From the IMG/VR virus record IMGVR_UViG_3300009093_000035, positions 124,001-188,000 of that record: 64,000 nt of DNA. One strand, written 5' to 3'. Positions within the stretch are counted from its first letter, which is position 1, and each line of letters begins with the position of its first letter. Below, piece by piece: positions 18,857 through 28,700 of this stretch. The translations under genes and the position numbers were made by a program. A model generated the notes under the pieces. That model was not told the origin of the DNA. It was given only the letters and a program-made list of their open reading frames with translations, and did no database searches.

Positions 18857-19092
18857 CTTACGCCTCAGGGAGCGCCTCTATGTGGAGGTCGATACTCTCC
18901 GTGAGGTAGAGGCATTCCGAGACGTCCCACCCTCGCTCCGCCATGACGCGGTCGGCATGAGCCCGGTCGGATACGACCACGACCTTGATCTGCTCGCCCT
19001 TTCTCCAGACAAGAGCACCTACGCGAGGAGACGTGTTCATGGCGAAGGCTGGGCCTGAGGTCACGAAGGACTTACGCCTCAGGGAGCGCCTC
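18857..19092. repeat. Exact 22-bp direct repeat CTTACGCCTCAGGGAGCGCCTC at 18857-18878 and 19071-19092
   Basis: Read directly from the sequence; brackets ORF 18858..19064. Confidence 0.95.
18858..19064 (-). CDS. Hypothetical protein
   Basis: 68 aa, ends EALPEA*. Confidence 0.55.
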   Translation of the reverse strand: MTSGPAFAMNTSPRVGALVWRKGEQIKVVVVSDRAHADRVMAERGWDVSECLYLTESIDLHIEALPEA

Positions 19093-19329
19093 AGGTCCTA
19101 CAAGGCCCCGCCTCTGGAGGTCCCTCATCCGTTCTGTCATGATTCGGTCGGCCATCCGAGGATCGACCCCGCGCGAGGCGAGGACAAAGAACAGGGAACG
19201 GACCTTCAACATCTCGTCCGACGCCTCGTCCTTACACTTCGCGCAGAACGGGAACCGTCCGTAGACGACGTCCAGTTCCTCAGTCGGAGTCGAACAAGCA
19301 CGGCAGGGGTTCACAGCAGAGAGAACCAT
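19072..19329 (-). CDS. Small zinc-finger protein
   Basis: CRAC...CAKC; likely start 19329, after a GCGTAA motif and downstream of the MCP terminator; also ends EALPEA*. Confidence 0.6.
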   Translation of the reverse strand: MVLSAVNPCRACSTPTEELDVVYGRFPFCAKCKDEASDEMLKVRSLFFVLASRGVDPRMADRIMTERMRDLQRRGLVGPEALPEA

Positions 19330-19366
19330 CTGGGGACGGTAGCCTATTACGCTCCGAGACACGACG

Positions 19367-19403
19367 GAAAGCGAAGAGCCCCGATCCTTTCGGACCGAGG
19401 CTC
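19367..19403 (-). terminator. Probable intrinsic terminator after the major capsid gene
   Basis: GAGCCTCGGTCC-GAAA-GGATCGGGGCTC followed by TTCGCTTT. Confidence 0.7.
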
Positions 19404-19444
19404 CATTCACCATCCGCAGGACGAATCCTACGAATCGCCCACGA

Positions 19445-20323
19445 TCATCGCGTGATCTGAAGACGAGCCAGGCCGCGGGGGTTGTAGGCCCCAATGCCAA
19501 GGTTCTCGAAGACAGAGAAGCCGATCGTGCGCGCCTTCGGGTCGTCCGCCGAGAGGACCGTCAGCTCGGTACGGACCGGGATCCGACCGAACATCTCGGG
19601 CTCGCAGCACACGTACACCGTGCCCACCGGAACGAGGCGGCTCGTGATGACCTGGGCGCCCCAGAGGGTCGCCTGGAGGCCGGTCTTGAGCAGCGTCGCC
19701 TGGGACTCGATGTCCAGGATGTCCCGACCGAACTTGCGGATGTCCTCGTAGTCCCGCGCGTTCATGTACACGCGCGCGACCCGGAGGTCGTGGCGCTCGA
19801 TGAGAGCGAAGGCGTCCGCGAGAACCGCACCGGTGATCGGAGCGACGACGGGGATGTCCGGGTTCAGCCCGCCCGGGAGCGAGTCGAAGCCGTTCACCGC
19901 GATCGCGTCCAGAACCGCGAAGACGCGCTCGTCCTCGGCAGCCTGGATCATCGCACGCGCCAGATCCTGGGCGCGCTCGATCAGATCGAAGCGACGCTCC
20001 TTGATCTGGGTGAGCGGGATCTCCGGGTTCGAGGCGATCTCGAACAGCGGGAAGATCACGCGGCGCGGCTTGGTGATGGCGAGGATGTTCTCGCCTTCCT
20101 CGCCGACCACGTACGCGGTGACGTCCGGGTCCTTGTCGTAGATCGGCAGCGCGCCGTCCGGCAGCTGCTCCACGAGGAAGGTCTTTCGACCGACGCTCAT
20201 GTAGTCGCGGCGCGTACGAAGCGGCTGCGTCATGGACGCAGCGAGCTTGTTGCGACCCGAAGCGGTCTTCAGGTAGTCGCTGATGATCTTCTGCTTGACA
20301 GCGTTGTTGACGTTGATGGTCAT
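19445..20323 (-). CDS. Major capsid protein (HK97 fold, Bxz1-like)
   Basis: LAASMTQPLR..DY..RK; PLFEIASNPEI...IQAAEDERVF resembles the mycobacteriophage Bxz1-type MCP; follows protease and scaffold; strongly biased codons. Confidence 0.9.
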   Translation of the reverse strand: MTINVNNAVKQKIISDYLKTASGRNKLAASMTQPLRTRRDYMSVGRKTFLVEQLPDGALPIYDKDPDVTAYVVGEEGENILAITKPRRVIFPLFEIASNPEIPLTQIKERRFDLIERAQDLARAMIQAAEDERVFAVLDAIAVNGFDSLPGGLNPDIPVVAPITGAVLADAFALIERHDLRVARVYMNARDYEDIRKFGRDILDIESQATLLKTGLQATLWGAQVITSRLVPVGTVYVCCEPEMFGRIPVRTELTVLSADDPKARTIGFSVFENLGIGAYNPRGLARLQITR

Positions 20324-20345
20324 GACTCTGGTTCTCCTGTTTCCG

Positions 20346-21026
20346 TCAGACGCGCTGGTCGTAGACCAACTCGGTCATGACCGAGTCGGGGACCATGAGG
20401 AGAATGCCCAGAGTCCGGGACGCCGTGTGGCCGTTCGCGACTTCGATGGCCAGGCCAGCGACATCGAGCGAAAGGATCGCACCCGCGTTGTCCACCCAGC
20501 GCGGCATCAGGTAGCCGTTCAGGGAGGCGATGAGGTCCTGACCCGGCAGGTAGGCGAGGGGATCGCCAGCTGCGAAGGGCGCGACCGCTCCGAGGAACTG
20601 CGTCTCGTAGAGACGGTTGCCGTAGGAGCCCATGCCGGAGACGTACGGGCCCTTGTTCGACGCTGCCGCCGGAAGGTTCTCGTACGCGTTTCCCGACGCG
20701 TTGTTGATGAAGCAGCCGAGGGGCTGCGTGTTGTACGCGTTCACCGTCGACACGCCCGACACGGCAACGGTCACGGGACCGCCGACGAATGCCGAACCTG
20801 CGTCGGGTCGCGTGAACGCGATCGAGCCGGAGAGTACCCCGAACACTTCAGTGAGTGCTCCGGGCGAAGTGGACACCGTGGAGGGTGTCGTGACGATCGG
20901 CGGGTTGGTCTGACGGAAGGCGTCTGCCGTGAGAACCGCAAGGGAGTTACGAACTCCGATGTAGAGGATTCTCAGAGCCGAGGAGCTTTCCGTCCAACCA
21001 CCGCTCGCCTGTCCAAGCAACGACAT
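20346..21026 (-). CDS. Probable capsid decoration/cement protein
   Basis: Directly upstream of MCP; Ala/Gly/Val-rich beta protein with PLGCFINNA. Confidence 0.6.
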   Translation of the reverse strand: MSLLGQASGGWTESSSALRILYIGVRNSLAVLTADAFRQTNPPIVTTPSTVSTSPGALTEVFGVLSGSIAFTRPDAGSAFVGGPVTVAVSGVSTVNAYNTQPLGCFINNASGNAYENLPAAASNKGPYVSGMGSYGNRLYETQFLGAVAPFAAGDPLAYLPGQDLIASLNGYLMPRWVDNAGAILSLDVAGLAIEVANGHTASRTLGILLMVPDSVMTELVYDQRV

Positions 21027-21398
21027 AGGGTTTCCTAGCCTTTGCTCCCTGTCGGGAGAGTGGTGAGTGGAGGATCAAGGACCCGTTCAGACCAGCCTGT
21101 CCGGGGCGACGGAGCCTCTGGGCGCCGTCAATATAAAGCGCCGTGTATTCGGTCAAAAACGAGATCTTCTGAAGAATTCTGACGCCATTGGGGCGTACAC
21201 CTGGAGAAGACCGATGAGAGAGGCGCTCGAAGGCAGTGACGAGAGGCGACAGGCGAGGATGCTTCTGCTCATCCACGCCGAGCAGGCACGAGCCCTTCAC
21301 CTCTCTTTCGATGGGTGGCTGGAACGCGAACGTCAGGACCTGATAGACGCGGTGTCGACTCAGGACCTGATTTCGATCGGATCAATCATCTGGGGCTA

Positions 21399-21432
21399 GA
21401 AACGAAAAGGGACCGGGCCGAAGCCCAGTCCC
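21399..21432 (-). terminator. Intrinsic terminator after the scaffold gene
   Basis: GGGACTGGGC-TTCG-GCCCGGTCCC followed by TTTTCGTTT. Confidence 0.85.
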
Positions 21433-21458
21433 TCCCCTAGTTCACCGATCGGTTCGGA

Positions 21459-22985
21459 TCAGCCGCCGAAGACCTTCGAGACGTCGGGGGACGTCTCCCA
21501 GAGCTTCGAGAGGTCCGCGATCTCGGCCGAAGCCGTACGCGAGTTCGAGGGAACCGAGCCGAGGGTGCGGGGACCGGTCGACGCGACGCGGGGCTGGGGC
21601 TTGACGGCGGCCTTCTTGGCCTCCTTCTTCGCCTCGTCCTCGTCGGACTTCTTCTCCTCGGCCTCGTCGTCCGCCTTCTTCTTCCCGGCGTAGCGACCAC
21701 CGTAGACGGCGGCCATCTCGTTCTCGCTGAGGCCACCCATCTCCGACGGGTCCATGAGAGCCATGGGGTCCTCGCCGAAGACGTCGTCCATCATCGGGTC
21801 CTCGTCCATGCCCGAGAGCATGTCGTTGACGTTGGCCTTCTTCTCCTCGCCCTCGGCCTCGTCCTCGGACTTCTTCTCTTCCTCGGCGTCGTCGTCGGCC
21901 TTCTTGGCCTCCTTCTTCGCCTCGTCGTCGTCCGAAGCCGTCTCCTCGTCGTCGTCGGCCTTCTTGGCCTCCTTCTTCTCGGAGTCGTCCTTCTTCTCGA
22001 AGGGGGGCGCCTTCTTCCCGCCGAAGGGCTCGTCCTTCTTCGCGGACTTGGCGGCCGAAGCCTTCTTCGACTCCTCCTCCATCATCTCCGCGAGCAGGGC
22101 TTCGTCCTCGTCCTCGTCTTCCGAGGCCTTCTTGTTCTTCCCGAGGTCCGAGCCCTCGTAGTTGTAGTGGGCGGGATCGTTCTGGTTGCCCGACGGAGCA
22201 GCGCGGCGACCCGAGGCCTTCTTCGCCTCCTTCTCGGTCTCCTCGTCCTCGTCCGCCTTCTTGGCTTCCTTCTCGGTCTCCTCTTCCTCTTCCTCGGCGG
22301 CCTTCTTCGCCTTCTTCGCGAAGTGGGCGGCGAGACGGGCGTACTTCGCAGCCTTCTTCGCCGCGACCTCCGCATCGTCCTCGTCTCCGTCCTCGTCGTC
22401 GGCCTTCTTGGCCTCCTTCTTGGACTCCTCTTCCTCTTCCTCGGCCTTCTTCGAAGCCGGGACCACGACGTCCTCGTCATCGACGATCATGTCGTCGGCG
22501 AGGAGATCGTCGGCCGAGCGCTCGGGCGTGAGCGTGTAGTTCGCGTCCTTCCCGCCGAGACGGGCGAGAGCGGCGGCGATCTGACGATCACCGAGCGACA
22601 TGAGGTCGAGGGCCTGGTCCTCGATCGCGTCCACGGACGCGTTCTTCGGAAGCATCGACGTCGCGATGCGGATGCACTTCGCGGCCTTCTGCGTCATCGC
22701 AGCGCGGAGCTGGCGGCTGGCCGCCTTCGACCCGCTCGGGAAGTAGTGGGCCGGATCCGTCGCCGGGTGACCCTGGGGCTCCTGCATGCCGGGGTCGGCC
22801 GGAGCGGGCGTGTTCGGGTAGGGACCCGGGTGCGGATCCTCGGCCCACGACGACGGATCGCCGTTCATGTACTTGTCCGCGTCCGGGTCGGGGCCGGGCC
22901 ACGCGGGGTGGTTGGTGCCTTCGGCGTAGCCCGGGGTAGCCGGGGGTGCAGAAGCCTTGCGATCGGTCGTTCGGCGGCGCGTCAT
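21459..22985 (-). CDS. Probable capsid scaffolding protein
   Basis: Between protease and capsid genes; acidic/Lys low-complexity EAKKADDE repeats. Confidence 0.7.
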   Translation of the reverse strand: MTRRRTTDRKASAPPATPGYAEGTNHPAWPGPDPDADKYMNGDPSSWAEDPHPGPYPNTPAPADPGMQEPQGHPATDPAHYFPSGSKAASRQLRAAMTQKAAKCIRIATSMLPKNASVDAIEDQALDLMSLGDRQIAAALARLGGKDANYTLTPERSADDLLADDMIVDDEDVVVPASKKAEEEEEESKKEAKKADDEDGDEDDAEVAAKKAAKYARLAAHFAKKAKKAAEEEEEETEKEAKKADEDEETEKEAKKASGRRAAPSGNQNDPAHYNYEGSDLGKNKKASEDEDEDEALLAEMMEEESKKASAAKSAKKDEPFGGKKAPPFEKKDDSEKKEAKKADDDEETASDDDEAKKEAKKADDDAEEEKKSEDEAEGEEKKANVNDMLSGMDEDPMMDDVFGEDPMALMDPSEMGGLSENEMAAVYGGRYAGKKKADDEAEEKKSDEDEAKKEAKKAAVKPQPRVASTGPRTLGSVPSNSRTASAEIADLSKLWETSPDVSKVFGG

Positions 22986-24427
22986 GTCAGTCTCTCCTTG
23001 TGGGCACGAGTTTCGGCGGTTCGCCGAGCGGTAGGAAGATCCGCCAACAGGGTTGCCAACCGAACCATCGTGTTGACTTCCTCGTTGGAGGGAGCGTGGC
23101 CGAGAGCTTTCTTCACGGCCTTCAAGAAATGAGCCGGTTCCCGATACAAATCTCGGGCTCCAACCTTTAGCGCAGCCCTATAGATTGAAACGGGAAGCAA
23201 AACGCCGATTTCCCGATTCAGGGTTGCAACACGGTTGATCAGTTCGACGTCCGAGGTAGACGTCGCCACCAGGGTACGGAGCGACGCCACGTAGGCGGCC
23301 CTCTTCCCGGCGAGGCGAGCCTGCTTCACGACGGTGTCATTCGGAGCGTCCGAAGGCGGCAGGACCTGGTCCTCGACCTTCTTCTTCGTCAACTCTTCCT
23401 TCAGCTGGTCCTTCACGCCGTCGAGGACGACCGACTTCAGCTCGTTCTCGATCCCACCCAGCGGGGACTCCGAGGGGCCCTTCTTCGGCGGAGCCATCTC
23501 CTCTTCTGGAGCGGCTTCCTCTTCCTCAGGAGCGTCCTCGAACCCGCCGGTGCGGGCGGCCTTCTTCCGGGCGTTCGGATCCGCGACCGGAGCCGGGGAG
23601 GCGAAGACCTTCTCGGCCGCCTTCTTCTTCCCGCTGTCGATCTCCACGACGTTTCGAGCGACGGCGCCCGTGAACGCGGGGGTCTCTACCCAGGAAGCCT
23701 CGACGAAGGTAACGCCGCCGGTCGGGTCGAGAGACTCGTCCCCACACAGCTCAGCGACCCGGTGCTTCCCACCGTTCTCGTCGTAGAAGACGTTGCCCTT
23801 CTCGTAGCGAATGTGATCGCAGAACTCGGTCTCGTCCGCCGCCCAGTGACCGCACTTTGTGCAGGTCGAGCCGTCGATCGAGCACCCCATCGAGAGAGTC
23901 GAAAGCTCCCCTGAGGCGATCTTCGCGCAGAGGTCTTCGTGCTTCCGGTCGTTCGCGACGAGGATGTCCACGTAGATCGAGTCGCCGACGTCGCGGGCTA
24001 CCGCATCGATGATGCGACCCTTCGAGAGCTTCTCGATCTGGACGTGCTCCACGAAGGAGTGTCCCCCGACGAAGGTCTTGTACGACTTCAGAAGGACCGG
24101 ACGGGCCCAGGAGTCGAGGTTGTTGTTGATGTACTTGTCGCAGGCGCTCTTGATCCGGAAGTTCGTCGTCTTCCGGACGATCTTCTTCCCGTCCTCCGTA
24201 GAGGAACCCAGCTTCGCCTTCGGGACCTTCTCGGTATCCACCGAGGCCACGATCGTAGCATGGGTGAGGAGGAACTTCTTCGGGTCGAAGTCCGACTGAA
24301 GGATCTTCGAGGCCTGGTCGATGATATCTCGCCCGGCCTTGAGCGAACCCGACGCCACCCTCACCCGGTCCCAGTCTCGGACGTGGGGAGTAACGTTGAT
24401 GCTACGGGCGTAGCGAAGGAAAGCCAT
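22982..24427 (-). CDS. Prohead (capsid maturation) protease
   Basis: NNNLDSW..YKTF..FVEH, SMGC (catalytic Ser), CTKCG..CDH zinc insert, FVEASWVETPAF. Confidence 0.85.
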   Translation of the reverse strand: MAFLRYARSINVTPHVRDWDRVRVASGSLKAGRDIIDQASKILQSDFDPKKFLLTHATIVASVDTEKVPKAKLGSSTEDGKKIVRKTTNFRIKSACDKYINNNLDSWARPVLLKSYKTFVGGHSFVEHVQIEKLSKGRIIDAVARDVGDSIYVDILVANDRKHEDLCAKIASGELSTLSMGCSIDGSTCTKCGHWAADETEFCDHIRYEKGNVFYDENGGKHRVAELCGDESLDPTGGVTFVEASWVETPAFTGAVARNVVEIDSGKKKAAEKVFASPAPVADPNARKKAARTGGFEDAPEEEEAAPEEEMAPPKKGPSESPLGGIENELKSVVLDGVKDQLKEELTKKKVEDQVLPPSDAPNDTVVKQARLAGKRAAYVASLRTLVATSTSDVELINRVATLNREIGVLLPVSIYRAALKVGARDLYREPAHFLKAVKKALGHAPSNEEVNTMVRLATLLADLPTARRTAETRAHKERLT

Positions 24428-25036
24428 TCAGGCCCCCTCAGCGCCGATGATGTCGCCTCGGCGGATCATGAAGAGACAGTCCCCACAGCAGTAGAGCTTC
24501 TCGTTCTTCCCGTCCTCGCGCTTGTAGATCACCTTTCGGAGTTCCACACCGTCGCAACGAGGACACGTCGGGACCCCCGAGTCCATCTCTCCCCGGTTCA
24601 TCCGGTACTTGCGGTCCGGAGAATCCCAGTAGAGGGCCTTCTTCACGAAGGCCTCGATCACTCGGTCGGTGCTCGCGTCGCGATACAGCTCGTCGTTCGT
24701 GAGGTCCTCTCGGACGTCCTTCGCGAGCGTATCCGGACCGCCGGAGACCGACACCGTCGGAGTCCCGCCTGGGATCGAGTCAGCCTGGAAGTCGGCGAAG
24801 TTCTCGAACGTGTCGGACTGGTCGATCACCAAGTCTTCCACCGGGTACCGAGTCGAACCGTACCCGAACTGGACATCCACCATGCCGATCGCAGGCCACA
24901 CGGCAATCACCGTCCCCCCTGCAGCGGGATTACCGCCAAGCATGGGGAACACCCTATCGCCCGGTGAGAACACCGAGGCGCGGGCTTGGTAGTCGACGTA
25001 GGTCGCCCTGCGATCGGACAAGGTGGTCTCCTTCAC
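24428..25036 (-). CDS. Head-cluster protein (SH3-like N-terminus, C-terminal zinc ribbon)
   Basis: PGDRV..GTVIAVWPAIGMVDVQF; CPRC...CGDC. Confidence 0.7.
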   Translation of the reverse strand: MKETTLSDRRATYVDYQARASVFSPGDRVFPMLGGNPAAGGTVIAVWPAIGMVDVQFGYGSTRYPVEDLVIDQSDTFENFADFQADSIPGGTPTVSVSGGPDTLAKDVREDLTNDELYRDASTDRVIEAFVKKALYWDSPDRKYRMNRGEMDSGVPTCPRCDGVELRKVIYKREDGKNEKLYCCGDCLFMIRRGDIIGAEGA

Positions 25037-25641
25037 TTCGAGTCGGCGAACAGACCGAAGAGCGAAGCCGTCTTCTTGGCCTCCTCCTCGTCGGAGGCGA
25101 CCTCCTCTTCGTCACCGTCGTCGTCGGCCTTCTTGGCCTCCTTCTTCGGCTCCTCTTCGGACTTCTTCTCGTCCTCTTCCTCGGCAGCCTTCTTCGCGGC
25201 AGCCTTGCGGTTCGCGAGGTCCCACTCCTTCAGCTGCTCGAAGGCGATGACGGCAGCCGTCTTCGCGATCAGCGAGGCGAGCTTCGGGTCGGCGCGATGA
25301 GCCGCCGCGTTCCCCGCGAGGCTTCCGCTCAGCTGCTTCTCGGCGAGCTGGGTGAACTTCGCCTGGGTGAAGTGGCCGTTCATGAACGGGTTGTTCGCGT
25401 CCATGATCATCGGACCGGGGACGCCCTCGCCGATCTGGGCGGGGTTGTAGTAGCCGGCCGTCTTCAGCCCGAAGTTCCGATCGATCGCCGCCGAGAGGAG
25501 ATCGCAGCGGTGCGCGAAATCCGCCGCGACCTTCGCGGGGATCCCGAGCGACACTGCGTGACTCTCGAAGAGAGACGCGATGTTGTCCAGGGAAGCGGTG
25601 ACACGACGAGCACCCATCATCGAAGCCTTACGCACGGTCAT
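25033..25641 (-). CDS. Head-cluster protein with scaffold-like acidic tail
   Basis: GGAGG SD; KKEAKKADDD stretch like the scaffold; several KxA motifs. Confidence 0.75.
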   Translation of the reverse strand: MTVRKASMMGARRVTASLDNIASLFESHAVSLGIPAKVAADFAHRCDLLSAAIDRNFGLKTAGYYNPAQIGEGVPGPMIMDANNPFMNGHFTQAKFTQLAEKQLSGSLAGNAAAHRADPKLASLIAKTAAVIAFEQLKEWDLANRKAAAKKAAEEEDEKKSEEEPKKEAKKADDDGDEEEVASDEEEAKKTASLFGLFADSK

Positions 25642-25737
25642 GAATTCCTCCAGGTGTAGGCTCGTTGAAGGGGTCGGAGCCTTGGTTGGGTGCTACAGTA
25701 CACCCTACCTTCTCGCCCCCGCAATAAGCAAACTATC

Positions 25738-28700
25738 CTACCAATTCCACTCCAGGGACGAAGTCTTGTTGGAAGACCCCGTATCGATGTCCAAATCCAC
25801 CAAGTCCCCGATCGCATCCTGTACCTGGGACTCGTAAGGAGCCTTCTCTTCCGACTCGGACGAATCGCCCGGACCGGAGAAATCGGTGGGCTTCGACCTC
25901 GAAGGAGCCTTCTCCCGACGCATCTCGGTAAGAGGCTCTCTCTCGGAAGCCGCGTCTTCTACAGCTACGTTCGTGAGAAGCTCGGTGAAGACGTCGTGAG
26001 CGTTGCGGACGCGCTCCCGCTGAGACGCCTTCAATCCAGAGAAGGGCCAGACGTAGTCGGCCTCATCCTCAGAGTCTTCCCCGTCGTAGATCTTCCGCCA
26101 AGACGCCGCGAGCTTCCCGCTCGGGTCTACCGCCTCCAGCGCCTTCTCCATCTGCTCCGGTTGAAGCTTCCGGACCATGTCAGAGACGACTTCGGCAGAA
26201 GGCTCGGAACCGGGAACTCCCAACCCGGCCTCAATCATGTCGGAGACGTCTACACCGCTCTCCTTCAAAGACCGAAGCATCGTCCTCGTCCCCGTAGGAA
26301 TCGAAGACTCTGAGTCGTCGTCGCCCTCTAGGGCCGACGAAAGCTCCAAGGCTCGATGGTCGGCGGCGAGGTACCCCATCCGGTTCCGGAGCTGTTCCAG
26401 TTCCTTCTGGTCCGCCTCGCGCTCTTCGGGAGACTGGGGCGCTCCGCTGTTGGAGGAGAGCTTCTCTTCGAGGTCCGAGATCTTGTCCTGAGTATCCGTT
26501 CGAACCCGGGCGAAGGTCTTCTTCGTCTCAGCCCGATCGTCCGGAGACATCCCATCGAACCGCTCGACCGTCTTCGAGGTTCGCTCCTTCACCCCGGCCT
26601 TATCGATCGGAGACGAGGTGTCTCCGATGTAGGTCATCGGGTTACGGGCTGCCTCAGCCGTAGCCGCATGAACGAAGAACTTCGAGAAGCTCGACTGGAG
26701 TTCCTTCTCCACCTGGTCGCGCTTCTCGGTGAGCTGGAGGATCCGATCACCTTGGGTCTTCGCGAAGCTCCGCTTCAACCCCTCGATCTCGTCGTTGAGG
26801 TCTTCGTACTTCGACTTCAGCTTCTCGATCTTCTCTGGGGACGGGGGCTTCTTCGTCGAAGGGGAGTTCCCCGCGGCCATCCTACCGATCGCTTCGTCGC
26901 GATCTGCCGTCAGCTTCTCTACGAACTTCTCGGCGTCCTCGGTCGTCATCTGCTCGGTCAGAGAATCGAGCGTCGACTTCACGAAACGTGAGTCCTCCTT
27001 CGAGAAAGCCGGGGAGTCCTTCACGGACTGGGCCTTCTGATGGATCTCCGAGCGGCGGCGCTTATCCAGCTCCTCCGCCTCGTCCCTCTTGTACTGAGCC
27101 TCTTCCTCAGCGTCCGCGTCCTCTTGCTGCTTCTTCGGGTCGGGAGGCGCCTCCCCGGACTCAGGCTTCGGTTCTGGCTTTGGGGGCTTCGGAGGAAGGC
27201 CCTTCAGATCTCTCTTCCGGGCCTCTTCCTGCTCGCGCTTCTTCTTCCGAAGCTTGTCTTCCTTCGAGCCCTCTTCTTCGAACTCCTTCGCCTTCTCGGC
27301 CCACTCGGCGCGGATCCGCTTCTGTTCCTCGTCCGGGAGACTCTGGAACTTCACGTCTTTGTTGGTCTCTTTGTTGTGGAAGGTCTTCCCCTCCACGGAC
27401 TCCAGGAATTCGTCATCCTCTTCTGAGTCCAAGGCCAACAAGTACCGAGAGGCCACGCGACTCGGGGCCGTCATGAAGTAGGCCATCGCTACTCGAAGGG
27501 CGACCTTCTTGTAGTTCAGGGAGAGATCGTCGTCGGTGGCGTCGAGGTCCTTGTCCCCCGAGTCCACCCGGTGGTTCTGGAGATCTTTCCGAGGGGGCTT
27601 CTTCTTCGGCTCCGGCTTCAGAAGAGCTTCCGTCGCCTCGTCTTCCTTCTCTGCTTCGGTCTTCGTGGCGGACTTCGACTCCTTGAAGGAAGAGAGGATC
27701 GTCCCATCCTTCATGAAGGCGTCTTCGAGACCGGGGACCAGGTAGTCCGAACGAAGGGTCGCCTTCTCGTGGCCGACGATGTCCGCGACCTCTTCGAGGG
27801 CGTCCGCGAACTCCTTCTTCAGGATCTTGTCCCGCTCCTTCCGAGCGCGTGGGAGATCCGGGCCCTCTTTCCGCTGTTCGCGGAGGGCCTTGCACATCTC
27901 CTGATTCGCTCGGAGCCCGCGGATGTCCTTCGCGGTGATGTCGAACTCGCTGAGGTAGTCGTTCACCGCCTCCGGCTTCACCGTGTAGTCGTCCCGGCTG
28001 AGCAGGCAATCGTCGCCCTTCTTCCCCTCAGCCAGCTCCTTCAGGAGCTTCACGACCGGAGCCGACTCGACCACCTTCTCGTGCTTCACGCCGGACTTTC
28101 CGACGTACTTCAGGGTCGCTTTCGACCCAGAGAACGAGATGTGCTTCTTACGCCACCCCGTCACCCCGTAGTGGCCTTCTTCGGCCGACCCCTCATTCCC
28201 TACCCGCTCGCACGTCTCGTCCATCAGAGCGGCGGCGAGGGCGGGGAGAGCTACCTTCGGGTCCTTCGAAGAGATGTCCTTCTTGATCATCTTCCGAAGG
28301 TCGCTGAGGTCCTTCCGAAGACGTTCGATCCGTTCGGCCTTCTCCGAGTGCCGGTTCGCTACCTGGCGATCGCTGTACTCGTAGTGGACATTCCCCTCGT
28401 CGTCCTTCGTCTTGGACTTGTACCGAGCCGCTACGACAACGGCCGAGGCCAGTCTCGCGGAAAGGGGCGGGGGACAATCGACGTCATGACGAGCGACCGT
28501 AACCAGGTGGGGGACGCAAGACCTACCGTTCGACTCGATCCAGTCGGCGAACGTGCGTAGGTGGCCCAGGCGGTCTTCCCAGATCGCCACGCCTCGGATC
28601 GAAGGCTGCTTCGAGAGGATCTTCTTGATCGTCTCCAGCTTGAATCTCTCGGTATCCGTGTCTCCGGGGGACAGGTAGATCTCCTGGAAGTCGAGACCGG

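Noticed and set aside
21600-22460. Repeat array or CRISPR in the scaffold gene
   Set aside because: Imperfect in-frame codon repeats encoding EAKKADDE, with no constant repeat and unique spacer structure.
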